From Methanobacteriota archaeon (GTDB lineage Archaea; Thermoplasmatota; Thermoplasmata; Methanomassiliicoccales; UBA472), in the NCBI GenBank assembly GCA_012729095.1, contig JAAYDU010000052.1, positions 560 through 64,559 on the forward strand: 64,000 bases of DNA. The letters run 5' to 3'. Positions within the stretch are counted from its first letter, which is position 1. Every line of letters begins with the position of its first letter. Positions 34,907 through 44,652 of this stretch are shown here, piece by piece. The notes beneath the pieces are model-generated. The model made no database searches. It was not told where the DNA came from and saw nothing but the letters and a program-made list of their open reading frames with translations. The position numbers and the translations under genes are program-made.

Positions 34907-37900
34907 ATGTCCATCAAATGGTTCTCTTTGCTCGTTGGAGCGCTCATGCTGCTCCTGGTGTTCCAGCCCGCTACGGTGGACCTTGCAGTGTTCCAGGACC
35001 GTGACGACCAGTACGATGAAGAGGACTTGGTTCAGACCGCCATGCGCGACAGGGGCGAACTGCTGGCGAAACTGATGGCCGTGACCACCGACCTCAACCA
35101 TTCCGACTCGGACGGAATGCCCGATTCGGTGGAATGGGTGATCGGCACGGACCCCCGCAACCCCGACTCCGACTTCGACGGGATCGACGACCGTCAAGAG
35201 ATACTCTTCGGCCTGGACCCGATGTCCCCCGATTCTAACCGCGACCGGTTCCCCGACCTGCGAGAGTTCGAAGGGGTCCCGATGGACCTTGACGGGGACG
35301 GGGATACCAACGCCTGGGACCGGGACAACGACGGGGACGGCGTCGATGACCACCTGGACATCTCCCCCTTCGCCTCTACGGCCATGACCGACATGGTTCG
35401 GGTGAGCGTGAGCTACGGGGGAGATCCCCTCTTCGTGACCTTCCAGCTGCGCACCGCCGACCCGGAGCACCTGGGGCTGACAGTGCAGACCTGGGACTGG
35501 CCCTCCGACGCCCGCGGCTCCATGAAAGACCTGGACCGCTCCTCCGAGGACGTTACCGCCGCCGCGCTGCTGCGGGTGAGCTGCTCCGCGCCCCTTGACC
35601 AGGACGAGCTGCACGAGTACGGGATGGTTTTGGAGGAAGGCAATGCCTACGTTCCGCTGTTCCCGGTATGGGACATGGGCAGAGTGGTAGCGCTCAAGGG
35701 GCGCATGTACGTTCCCGCCACGGGAGCTCAGCAGCTGGACCTGGAAGCCGAGCTGGTGTGGAAGGTGAACGGGCTGACGGACGTCCCCATCGCCGAGCTG
35801 TTGTGGGGTGCTGGCGAAAGTCTCGTGATCGGAGAGGACGGCCAGGCCGTGGTATCCGCCTCCGGCTCGGAGGAGGAGCGAATCCTGCAATGGAAGGACC
35901 TGGGCGGGGGAATGGTGGCCCTGGCAGGCAGCAACGGGCTTTACCTGTCCGTGGACGGTGAGGGCGTTGCGACCTTCAGCGGCCCTGGCATCGACGAGGC
36001 CTCGGCGTTCAGGGTGCATGACGTGCAGCCATCCGGTACCACCCTCACCGCCTGGAACGGGAATCCGCTGGCCGTCAACTCCACCGGGGCGGTGCTTGCC
36101 GACGGCGCGCACGCTCCAGGAACGGACCTCTTCAGCAGGATGGACCTGGGATACCGTTCAAGCATGATCACCCTTGCCTACTACGATGAGGGGTTCATGC
36201 TAACCGGCCTCTCGGCGGAGGAGAACCACGGGACCGCCCTCGGTCTCGTGTACGGGGACGACCGTGAGGACATGGTGTCCGCCAACCTGATAATGGCGTA
36301 CGATTACCTCAGGACCGCGGAGAACGACCTGGGCGATGTGGCGGGAATGCTGGACGCCCACGTTCTGGACTACAGCATGATGCGAGCCGACTACGGAACG
36401 AGCGACGAGGCCACCAGGGCCCTGGTGAACATGATGATGCCCGCGGCGCGGGAGCAAGACGACGGCACAGGCATCTCCTACTACATATCGGCCATGACCG
36501 ACCGCTCCACCTGCCTGGAGCTATCCCAGGTATCGATGGGGCTGGAGATCGCTGGCCCGCTGACCTTGGACATGGGGAGCTTGGAGCCGGTGACCACCCG
36601 GCTGCTGCGCACCAGCTGGTTCGAGGATGAGAGCGCGGAGGCCATGGACCTGCACCGGGTGGTCGGCGAGATGGGCACCTGGGGATTGGACCTCAACGAC
36701 CTGGAACTGCTGACCGCGCTCATGGCAAGCTGGTGCGTCGGGGAGCTCGTGGTGACCAACGTCGGAGATCTGGCCATAGAACACGACTTCCCGGAGGGGC
36801 AGTTCATCAGCGAGACGGTGGACGGCATCGTCGGCTACGGCCTGGCCGCCATAGACCTGCTCATGGTGGGAATGGAGGTCCTCACCTGCGCCTACGCCTT
36901 CTCGGAGACGTTCGTGGCCATGGGCCAGGTTGCCCGGTCCGCGGCCCAAAGCACCTGGAACCTGTTCAAGGAGAGCTTCACATCGGTGTACACCTCCCTG
37001 GCCGGGTCCACGGGGACCTACATGAGCCGCTTCTTCTCCACCATGAACGTGGTCGGACTGGTCATCACCGCCGTGCTCTCCCTTTACGCCTTCTTCTCCA
37101 TAGGGTTCGAAACGGGATGGTCCTCGGTGGGCACGGGAGTGGCGGTGACCACCGCGCTTTTCGGCCTGGCCTATTCGATTGTGCTGATCGGGGTGGCCAG
37201 CATAGCTCCCCCGGTGGGAGCGGTGATCGCCGGGCTGATCGCCATAGTTGACGTGCTGGGGCTGATACTTTTCGGAAGCACCTGGGGACAGGAACTGCTG
37301 GGCTGGATAATAGACATATGCACGAAGACGGAGCAGCGCAGCGACGTGACCATCGAGACTGTTCACCACTACTCGGGGCTGATGGACCTGGACGGCAACG
37401 GCCTGGACGCCGGGGACCGCATTTGGTTCATGAGCCGTAACTTCGGCAACGTCAGCATGTTGGGCCCGGGGAACCAGCAGGACGTGATCGACAGCTACAT
37501 CATACCATCTCAGACCATGAGCGTTCCCTATTATTCCTGGTCGGTGACCGGTGGCAACACCACGGTGCTCAGCACCGATACGGGCACCTCGTACAGGTCC
37601 ACATTGTACGAGACCGAGGCCTGGGTCGAGCCGGGCGTGGGCATGGTCAACTTCCCGGTGGCCATAGGCATGACCACCGACTACCGGGTCTACTACGATG
37701 ACTGCTGGTGGTTCTTCGGTTGGTGGTGCGACCGCGAATCGTACACCTCCAGCCAATCCACCTCCTGGACCACCCTTTACTACGATGTCATGCCTGGAAG
37801 CATATTCGAGTTCGCTGCCTGGAGGGGCATCTCCTCCAACGACCATGATGGGGATGGCCTCGGGAACATGGACGAGAACGGGTCCGACCCCTGGTCCGCG

Positions 37901-40900
37901 GACAGCGACCAGGACGGGCTGGGGGACGATTACGAGCGTCAGATCGGAACTGACCCTGGACGCGCGGATCCCGACGGTGACGGGCTCGGGGACCGCGAGG
38001 AGGTCATCTGGGGTCTTGACCCCTGGGCCCGTGACTCGGACAGGGACGGGCTCACGGACGGCATGGAGAGCTCGGGCTGGGTGGTGAACTTCACTTACCA
38101 GGGGAGCGAGTTCTTCTGGCACGTGCGCAGCGATCCTTCCCTTCCGGACACGGACGGGGACAGCCTCACCGACCTTGAAGAGTATCACGGACTGACCAAC
38201 CCGCTCACCGCCGATACCGACGGGGATGGGGTGATGGACGAGCTGCGCGGCTACTACCGCACGGATATGACCTACGTTAAAAGCATACTGAGGGAGAGCG
38301 ACCCGATAATGTCCAACCGCGTGGCGGTCGGCGATGATGGCTGCATCTTCGTGGGCGGAGTGGAGGAGGAGCATGTACACGTGTTCGCACCGAACGGGAC
38401 CTGGATGAGGAGCTTTCCCTTCTTCAGTGGACAGGGGCAGTCCCTGGTGGACATGGAGATGGGGCGGGACGGCCTCCTGTACATCGTCTCGGACAGGGTG
38501 GTCCATGTGTTCACCCAGAGCGGCGAGCGCGTTCGTTCCATAGATCCCATCCTGGCCAATGACAGCGAGTACTACTGCATCACCGGTATTGGTCTGGACG
38601 ATCAAAGGTACATCTACCTCTCATTCGGGTCGTGGGATTGGTATGACCAGATGAGCAAGGTGCGCCGTTACCATTGGAACGGGAGCTTCGACCGGGACAT
38701 GGTGGTGGGCCAGGTGCATGGGGCGGAGAGGATGGACCAGTACAAGGGATTGTGCGTGGACGCAATGCACGACATCTACGTGGTGGACCGGGGAATGTGG
38801 AAGGTGCAGGTGCTGGATGAGAACGGGGTCCTGAAGGCGGAGTGGAGCGAGAAGCTTGACGAGCCCGTGGATATAGCCCTTGACCTGCAGGGGAACCTCC
38901 TGGTCACCAATCAGGGTTACTATCCCTACACCACAAATGCCATGCTCCAGAAGTTCACTCCAAGCGGTCACTGGATGTACGAGTTCGGGTTCAACGAGGA
39001 GTACCCGCTGCTCGATTCGGCCTACGGGGTGACGGTGAACTCCGAGAACGACATCCTGTTGGGTGAATGGAACGTTGGATGCGTCCACCTGATCGGGCAT
39101 AACGTCACCTGGTACGGCCCCACGCCCCCGCCGGTGATCGATTCGGACGGCGACGGGCTGAGCGATGAGGAGGAACGCGCGGGATGGAACGTCACCGCGG
39201 ACGCCGAGCATGACGGCCGGAGCATGGACACCTGGTTTACGAGCAGCGATCCTTTCACCGCGGACACCGACCGTGACGGTCTGGGAGACCGAACGGAGAG
39301 GGACCTGGGTACCGACCCGCGTAGCAGGGACACCGACCGCGACCGGCTGAAGGACGATGAGGAGGCGGCCCTGGGCACAGACCCCTGCTCGTGGGACAGC
39401 GATGGCGACGGGCTTGGCGATGCAAGGGAGCTCGGGTTCGGCAGCGATCCCCTGGCCCCGGACAGCGACGGCGACGGGCTTGGCGATCTGTCGGAGTTCG
39501 AGCTGGGCACCGACCCTTGGAACGGGGACAGCGACGGCGACGGGCTCGGCGACATGCAGGAGTTCCTGGCCGGATCCGATCCCAGGGACGCGGACTCCGA
39601 CGACGATTTCCTGTTCGACGGGGCGGAGTTCGACAATGGCACGGCTCTCGGCGTGGGGGACACGGACGGGGACGGTATCTCCGACGGATATGAGATGCTG
39701 CACGGCACATTGCCCCTGGAAGGGGACACGGACGGCGACGGGCTCGGTGACGGGTTCGAGGTCGCGCTGAGCATGGACCCGCTGTGCAACGACACGGACG
39801 GGGACGGGTTGAACGACTCGTACGAGGTTGACAACGGATTGAACCCCAGGAACACCGACTCGGACCTGGACGGGGTGCCGGACGGGTTGGACGAAGACCA
39901 CCTCCTCACCCTGCAGGAAGAGGTGTGCTTGGTGATGGACCCGCAACAGTTGAGCGAAGGGTTCCTGGACGACCTGGCCGGGATGGCCAACATCACCCTG
40001 CTGACCGCGGACCAGCTCCTTTCCGATCACAGGGACGCCAGGTACGTGGTGCTGATAGGGGACCCGGGGAACATCGCGGGCAGCGCCGGATCGCTGATCT
40101 CCCAGCTAATACCCGATGACGTGCTACTATCCATGTCCTCCCCCGCGGAGCGCGTGGCCGTTCGTTACGGCGTGTGGACACCGCTGCAGACGGTGGTGAT
40201 GTTCTCCCAGACCTTCGATGGCGACGCCTCCCGGGCGGTGGGCGTGCTTAAGAGCATGAGCGTGACCGTGGGCGATGGGGGCTACCTGGTCCAGTACCAC
40301 AACCCCCGCTCCTGCTTCAAGCTGGACTGGATCGATGCGGTGCAAGGCACCGACACCCTGATCTGGGCCAAGATGGACGCCATGGACACATTCCAGGTGG
40401 AGGTGGATAGGGCCGACGCCGGCGAGGCGCCCGCGCCCTTGGACGCCGGGCACGGCCTGGCGAACGGGTGGACAGAAACGGGCAGGTACGTGCGGGCTGA
40501 GTTCCAGCCGGACGGTCCCGGCACCGGTTTACTGGGGGCCACGGTGAGAATGTACTACTTCGATGAGGACCTGGACCGCGATGGGGACGGATGCGCGTCG
40601 GAACCGACGGACCTGAGCGAGGATTCCCTGGGCCTCTGGACCTTTCTGGACGGACAATGGACCCTGCTTCCCGGAGAGGTGAACGCCACCGACCTGGTGC
40701 TGTTCGGAACGAGGTATTCCGGGTACGTGGAAGCCAACGCCACCGAGCTGGGATGGTTCGCCCTGGCCGGCAGGGGCCAGGTCATTGAGCTGAGGGTGGA
40801 GATGCGCTCCCCCAACGGCAACGGGCGTATCAGCCTGAACAGTGGCGGGCATGTGAACGCGTACATTTACGGCTGCGCGGAGGCGGAGGGGAACTGGATC

Positions 40901-41155
40901 GACCTGGGATCGCTGCGGATCGGCAATGTGTGCCCGGTCATGAACAAGAACGGACACTGGTTCCAATTCCGGGACGTGGACGCGGACGGTCGCCAGGACC
41001 TGGTGGTCTCCTTCTCCGTTTCCGAGCTGGTGGCGGACGGGGTCCTGAACAAAAGCACCACGGCCCTGGAGCTGGAAGGATGCCTGGACGCCGCGCACGG
41101 TTCCGTTCGTATCGAGGGGACCGCTGCCATCTCGATCCCGCCCGGGCAGGCCTAG
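34907..41155 (+). CDS. Giant (2082 aa) surface protein: signal peptide, three TSP3-type Ca-binding repeat arrays, mid-protein TM-helix cluster, NHL-repeat propeller, C-terminal beta-rich region
   Basis: N-terminus MSIKWFSLLVGALMLLLVF. Many D-x-D-x-D-G-x-x-D-x-x-E units (e.g. DSDGDGLGDARE). NHL-like blades at about 38320..39100. Hydrophobic helices at about 36818..37326. Confidence 0.85.
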   Translation: MSIKWFSLLVGALMLLLVFQPATVDLAVFQDRDDQYDEEDLVQTAMRDRGELLAKLMAVTTDLNHSDSDGMPDSVEWVIGTDPRNPDSDFDGIDDRQEILFGLDPMSPDSNRDRFPDLREFEGVPMDLDGDGDTNAWDRDNDGDGVDDHLDISPFASTAMTDMVRVSVSYGGDPLFVTFQLRTADPEHLGLTVQTWDWPSDARGSMKDLDRSSEDVTAAALLRVSCSAPLDQDELHEYGMVLEEGNAYVPLFPVWDMGRVVALKGRMYVPATGAQQLDLEAELVWKVNGLTDVPIAELLWGAGESLVIGEDGQAVVSASGSEEERILQWKDLGGGMVALAGSNGLYLSVDGEGVATFSGPGIDEASAFRVHDVQPSGTTLTAWNGNPLAVNSTGAVLADGAHAPGTDLFSRMDLGYRSSMITLAYYDEGFMLTGLSAEENHGTALGLVYGDDREDMVSANLIMAYDYLRTAENDLGDVAGMLDAHVLDYSMMRADYGTSDEATRALVNMMMPAAREQDDGTGISYYISAMTDRSTCLELSQVSMGLEIAGPLTLDMGSLEPVTTRLLRTSWFEDESAEAMDLHRVVGEMGTWGLDLNDLELLTALMASWCVGELVVTNVGDLAIEHDFPEGQFISETVDGIVGYGLAAIDLLMVGMEVLTCAYAFSETFVAMGQVARSAAQSTWNLFKESFTSVYTSLAGSTGTYMSRFFSTMNVVGLVITAVLSLYAFFSIGFETGWSSVGTGVAVTTALFGLAYSIVLIGVASIAPPVGAVIAGLIAIVDVLGLILFGSTWGQELLGWIIDICTKTEQRSDVTIETVHHYSGLMDLDGNGLDAGDRIWFMSRNFGNVSMLGPGNQQDVIDSYIIPSQTMSVPYYSWSVTGGNTTVLSTDTGTSYRSTLYETEAWVEPGVGMVNFPVAIGMTTDYRVYYDDCWWFFGWWCDRESYTSSQSTSWTTLYYDVMPGSIFEFAAWRGISSNDHDGDGLGNMDENGSDPWSADSDQDGLGDDYERQIGTDPGRADPDGDGLGDREEVIWGLDPWARDSDRDGLTDGMESSGWVVNFTYQGSEFFWHVRSDPSLPDTDGDSLTDLEEYHGLTNPLTADTDGDGVMDELRGYYRTDMTYVKSILRESDPIMSNRVAVGDDGCIFVGGVEEEHVHVFAPNGTWMRSFPFFSGQGQSLVDMEMGRDGLLYIVSDRVVHVFTQSGERVRSIDPILANDSEYYCITGIGLDDQRYIYLSFGSWDWYDQMSKVRRYHWNGSFDRDMVVGQVHGAERMDQYKGLCVDAMHDIYVVDRGMWKVQVLDENGVLKAEWSEKLDEPVDIALDLQGNLLVTNQGYYPYTTNAMLQKFTPSGHWMYEFGFNEEYPLLDSAYGVTVNSENDILLGEWNVGCVHLIGHNVTWYGPTPPPVIDSDGDGLSDEEERAGWNVTADAEHDGRSMDTWFTSSDPFTADTDRDGLGDRTERDLGTDPRSRDTDRDRLKDDEEAALGTDPCSWDSDGDGLGDARELGFGSDPLAPDSDGDGLGDLSEFELGTDPWNGDSDGDGLGDMQEFLAGSDPRDADSDDDFLFDGAEFDNGTALGVGDTDGDGISDGYEMLHGTLPLEGDTDGDGLGDGFEVALSMDPLCNDTDGDGLNDSYEVDNGLNPRNTDSDLDGVPDGLDEDHLLTLQEEVCLVMDPQQLSEGFLDDLAGMANITLLTADQLLSDHRDARYVVLIGDPGNIAGSAGSLISQLIPDDVLLSMSSPAERVAVRYGVWTPLQTVVMFSQTFDGDASRAVGVLKSMSVTVGDGGYLVQYHNPRSCFKLDWIDAVQGTDTLIWAKMDAMDTFQVEVDRADAGEAPAPLDAGHGLANGWTETGRYVRAEFQPDGPGTGLLGATVRMYYFDEDLDRDGDGCASEPTDLSEDSLGLWTFLDGQWTLLPGEVNATDLVLFGTRYSGYVEANATELGWFALAGRGQVIELRVEMRSPNGNGRISLNSGGHVNAYIYGCAEAEGNWIDLGSLRIGNVCPVMNKNGHWFQFRDVDADGRQDLVVSFSVSELVADGVLNKSTTALELEGCLDAAHGSVRIEGTAAISIPPGQA
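39395..39592 (+). repeat. Three tandem 66-bp (22-codon) coding repeats inside the TSP3 array
   Basis: Units start at 39395, 39461 and 39527, each opening with the near-identical core gacagcga(t/c)ggcgacgggct(t/c)ggcga. A more diverged unit follows at 39593. Confidence 0.8.
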
Positions 41156-41259
41156 CACCGGCCCCTCAAGGCCTTCCCGGACCCTGCGCGCCGACCAATC
41201 GTGAACGGGGGGCGTGGCTCGGATAAGGATTAAGTATCGTTCCCCGTTCCAGAATACCG

Positions 41260-41496
41260 ATGAGCAACGACAAGAGGTCGTCCCGACCCATCATTGACGA
41301 GAACGAGTGCAAGGGATGCGGCCGCTGCGTGGCAGCATGCCCCAAGAAGGTTTTGCGCCTTTCCGGGCGCATAAACCGGCGCGGATACAACGCCGTGGAG
41401 TACGTCGGTGAAGGATGCATCGGTTGCGCCAACTGCTTCTACAACTGCCCGGAGCCGTACGCCATACAGGTCGAGGACGGGAGGGACGAGCAATGA
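41260..41496 (+). CDS. korD: 2-oxoacid:ferredoxin oxidoreductase delta subunit (2x[4Fe-4S] ferredoxin)
   Basis: [12 protein letters not shown] and [12 protein letters not shown]; 78 aa; ATGA overlap with the alpha subunit. Confidence 0.85.
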   Translation: MSNDKRSSRPIIDENECKGCGRCVAACPKKVLRLSGRINRRGYNAVEYVGEGCIGCANCFYNCPEPYAIQVEDGRDEQ

Positions 41497-42548
41497 AGAA
41501 GTTCGTCAAGGGGAACGAGGCGGTGGCGATAGGGGCCATCTACGCCGGTTGCGACACCTATTTCGGTTACCCGATCACCCCAGCCAGTGACATCGCGCAC
41601 GCCGTGGCGGAGTACTTCCCCCAGCTGGGCAAGGAGCACCTGCAGGCGGAGTGCGAGACCGGAGCGATCAACATGATATTCGGGGCGGCCTCCGCTGGAA
41701 AGCTGGCCATGACCGCCTCCTCGGGACCGGGGATCTCGCTCATGCAGGAAGGCCTTTCATATCTTGCCGGGGCACAGCTTCCAGCGGTCATAGTCAACGT
41801 CCAGCGCGTGGGGCCGGGCCTTGGCAACATCGGCCCGGAACAGGGCGATTACGATCAGGCGGTCAAGGGCGGAGGTCACGGCAACTATCACAGCATAGTG
41901 CTGGCACCATCCTCTGTTCAGGAGATGTGCGACCTGACCATCAAGGCGTTCGAGATGGCCTTCAAGTATCGAAACCCGGCGATCGTGCTGGCCGACGCCG
42001 TTCTCGGTCAGATGATGGAGTTCCTCCAGATCCCTGACAAGGAGCCCACGCGCCCGGAGACATCCTCCTGGGCCGTTCAGGGAGATGCCGCCACCCGCGG
42101 CAACCTGGTTTCGTCCATATACCTGGACAACGAACTGCAGGAAAAACATAACTGGATGCTGCAGGAGAAGTACGCTTCCATGCAGGACGACGCCCTCTAC
42201 GAATCGTATATGACGGAGGACGCGGAAATCGTGCTCACGGGATACGGTACCAGTTCCAGGGTGGCCCGCTCCGCTGTGGACGAGCTGCGCTCCCAGGGGA
42301 TCTGCGCAGGACTGTTCCGCCCGATCACCCTTTACCCGTTCCCTACAAGGGCCTTCAACCAAGCGGCCAAGGCCGGCAAGCTGCTGGTAGTCGAACTGAG
42401 CAACGGCCAATACCGCGACGACGTGCTGTTGCACCTTGACCGCGAGATCTCCTGCCGGACGGGGCTCGTGAACAGAATGGGCGGGAACATGATGAAAGTG
42501 GACGACGTGGTGCTCCGCGCCCGCGAGATGCTGGAGGTGAAGGAATGA
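41493..42548 (+). CDS. korA: 2-oxoacid:ferredoxin oxidoreductase alpha subunit
   Basis: [34 protein letters not shown]. Start reassigned to ATG 41493; the track ORF from 41415 overlaps korD. Confidence 0.88.
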   Translation: MKKFVKGNEAVAIGAIYAGCDTYFGYPITPASDIAHAVAEYFPQLGKEHLQAECETGAINMIFGAASAGKLAMTASSGPGISLMQEGLSYLAGAQLPAVIVNVQRVGPGLGNIGPEQGDYDQAVKGGGHGNYHSIVLAPSSVQEMCDLTIKAFEMAFKYRNPAIVLADAVLGQMMEFLQIPDKEPTRPETSSWAVQGDAATRGNLVSSIYLDNELQEKHNWMLQEKYASMQDDALYESYMTEDAEIVLTGYGTSSRVARSAVDELRSQGICAGLFRPITLYPFPTRAFNQAAKAGKLLVVELSNGQYRDDVLLHLDREISCRTGLVNRMGGNMMKVDDVVLRAREMLEVKE

Positions 42549-43942
42549 TAAAGAAGGCCAAGGGGTTCTACGAGACCTTCGACAGGAAAGAGCCGGGCAC
42601 CCGTGCGACACACTACTGTCCCGGATGCGGCCACGGCATCATACACAAGCTGATCGCCGAGGCCATGGTCGAGCTGGGCATACAGGACCGCACCGTGTTC
42701 GTGTCCCCGGTGGGATGCGCTGCCTTCTGCTTCCATTACTTCGATTGCGGAAACGTGGCCGGCCCGCACGGACGGGCGTCCGCCGTGGCGACTGGCGTGA
42801 CAAGAGCTCTGCCAGGCAAGGTGGTCATCTCCTACCAGGGGGACGGGGACCTGGGGGCGATCGGCTTCAACAATGCATTCCAGGCGGCGAACCGCGGGGA
42901 GCACTTTGCCTGCTTCTTCGTCAACAACTCCATCTACGCCATGACGGGCGGTCAGATGGCCCCGACCACCATGTTGGGCCAGAGGACCACCACCACGCCC
43001 TTCGGTCGCGACGCGGTCAAGGAAGGGTACCCGCTGAAGGTCTGCGAGGTGCTGAACCAGCTCGAAGCCCCGGTCTTCATCGAGCGCGTCTCCGTTTCGG
43101 ACACCAAAAGCATAATGCAGGCCAAGAAGGCCGTGCGCAAGGCGCTGGAGATACAGAGGGACGGAAAGGGTTACGCCTTCGTGGAGTTCCTTTCGCCCTG
43201 CCCGACCAACTGGCGCATGGACGCGGTCACCGCGGCCAACTTCGTAACCGAGCAGATGGAGAAGGTGTTCCCCCTGGGAAATCTCAGGGACCGCAGCGCC
43301 GACCCGGCGCCGGTACCGAACGCCATCCCCCAGATCTCGGTCGAGCGGCTTATGGGGGCTGGGCACGATGGGGCCTCGGCCCAGACGGACGCGGGTTTCA
43401 AGGAGCGTAGGTTCAAGTTCTCCGGTTTCGGAGGGCAGGGCGTGCTATCCCTCGGCCTGGTTATCGCCGAGGCCGCGGGCGCCTCCGGCCGTTTCGTTTC
43501 CTGGCTTCCAAGCTACGGCCCGGAGCAGAGAGGCGGTTATGCCTCCTGCTCGGTAGTGGTCAGCGGCAAGGAGGTCGGTTCCCCGACGGTCGATACGCCC
43601 GACGTATTGGTGGTCATGAGCCAGCAGGCGGCGGAGAAGTTCGCCTCCACCGTTCCGCAGGGAGGTGTGGTCTTACACGAGGCATCGCTTCCCCGGCCAA
43701 TTGCCCGGGACGGCGTCAGGGTATTGGCCTTCCCGGCCTCGAAGATCGCCGCGGAGGCGGGAACGCCCAAGGCTGCCAACACAGCTTTGCTGGGGGCCCT
43801 GACGGCATTGGACCTGCATGGCCTTCCGGAGGAGAAGGTGCTTCTGGCGCTGGACGCCAGCTTCGCGGCCAAACCGGCCTTGGTGGACAGGAACCGCAAG
43901 GTGTACCAGGCCGCCTACGCTTGGGCCAAGGAAAACCTCTGA
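42545..43942 (+). CDS. korB: 2-oxoacid:ferredoxin oxidoreductase beta (TPP-binding) subunit fused to the gamma subunit
   Basis: aa 1-~275: HYCPGCGHG...[13 protein letters not shown]...MTGGQ (beta). aa ~300-465: [15 protein letters not shown]...SYGPEQRGG (gamma). Confidence 0.85.
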   Translation: MIKKAKGFYETFDRKEPGTRATHYCPGCGHGIIHKLIAEAMVELGIQDRTVFVSPVGCAAFCFHYFDCGNVAGPHGRASAVATGVTRALPGKVVISYQGDGDLGAIGFNNAFQAANRGEHFACFFVNNSIYAMTGGQMAPTTMLGQRTTTTPFGRDAVKEGYPLKVCEVLNQLEAPVFIERVSVSDTKSIMQAKKAVRKALEIQRDGKGYAFVEFLSPCPTNWRMDAVTAANFVTEQMEKVFPLGNLRDRSADPAPVPNAIPQISVERLMGAGHDGASAQTDAGFKERRFKFSGFGGQGVLSLGLVIAEAAGASGRFVSWLPSYGPEQRGGYASCSVVVSGKEVGSPTVDTPDVLVVMSQQAAEKFASTVPQGGVVLHEASLPRPIARDGVRVLAFPASKIAAEAGTPKAANTALLGALTALDLHGLPEEKVLLALDASFAAKPALVDRNRKVYQAAYAWAKENL

Positions 43943-43970
43943 GAGCGCTTCGGCGCCTCTCCTTTTTCTA
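43943..43970 (+). terminator. Hairpin plus T-run after the kor operon
   Basis: gagcgc-ttcg-gcgc(c)tc imperfect stem immediately after the TGA, followed by cctttttct. Confidence 0.45.
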
Positions 43971-44079
43971 ACTTCAATGCTCGATCGGGCGTGTGAAGTA
44001 ATGTTCTTAAACGACCTGCCGTTTAGGATAGGCCATTACGGACCTGGGCCTGACGCCTGGACGACCGGGGGATGAGCGA

Positions 44080-44643
44080 TTGACCACTCCTGACAAACTT
44101 GGTACGCGGATACGCACCTATCGCGAGAGATTGAGCATGAGCGTGGAGGACCTGGCCAAGAACGCCGGCGTGGAGGCGAGCCTCGTCCGCAAGGCCGAGG
44201 AGGGAGAGGTATACCCTCCCCTGGGGGTGCTGGTCAAGCTCTCCCGCGCGCTCGGTCAGAGGTTGGGGACCTTCATGGACGACCAGGTGCGTCCGGACCC
44301 GGTCATCACCCGCTGCGAGGAAAGGACGGAGGAGACCGCCGCCCACAAGGAGGGGGCGGTCGGCAAGTATCACTATTATCCGCTGGCCAAGGGCAAGACC
44401 GATCGCCACATGGAGCCGCTATACATAGTCATCCAGCCTTGCGAGGATGATTGCGCGTCCTCTCACGAGGGAGAGGAGTTCGTTATCGTGGTCAAGGGAG
44501 AGGTCGAGCTGGTATACGGCAAGGAAAGGTATCACCTCAAAGAGGGCGATTCGATGCATTACAACTCCGTCGTACCGCATCACCTTGGCGCCGCGAACGG
44601 TGAGGCGGCCGAGATATTCGCCGTCGTCTACACCCCGATCTGA
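44080..44643 (+). CDS. XRE-family HTH + cupin domain transcriptional regulator
   Basis: LGTRIRTYRERLSMSVEDLAKNAGVEASLVRKAEEG HTH; C-terminal cupin (HEGEEFVIVVKGEVEL...GDSMHYNSVVPHH). TTG start. Confidence 0.8.
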   Translation: MTTPDKLGTRIRTYRERLSMSVEDLAKNAGVEASLVRKAEEGEVYPPLGVLVKLSRALGQRLGTFMDDQVRPDPVITRCEERTEETAAHKEGAVGKYHYYPLAKGKTDRHMEPLYIVIQPCEDDCASSHEGEEFVIVVKGEVELVYGKERYHLKEGDSMHYNSVVPHHLGAANGEAAEIFAVVYTPI

Positions 44644-44652
44644 GGTGACATC

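Noticed and set aside
37840-39900. Highly repetitive DNA that might be taken for a CRISPR array or a non-coding tandem repeat
   Set aside because: The periodicity is in-frame (22-23 codons) within one long ORF and encodes D-x-D-x-D-G Ca-binding motifs. There is no repeat-spacer structure and no cas genes.
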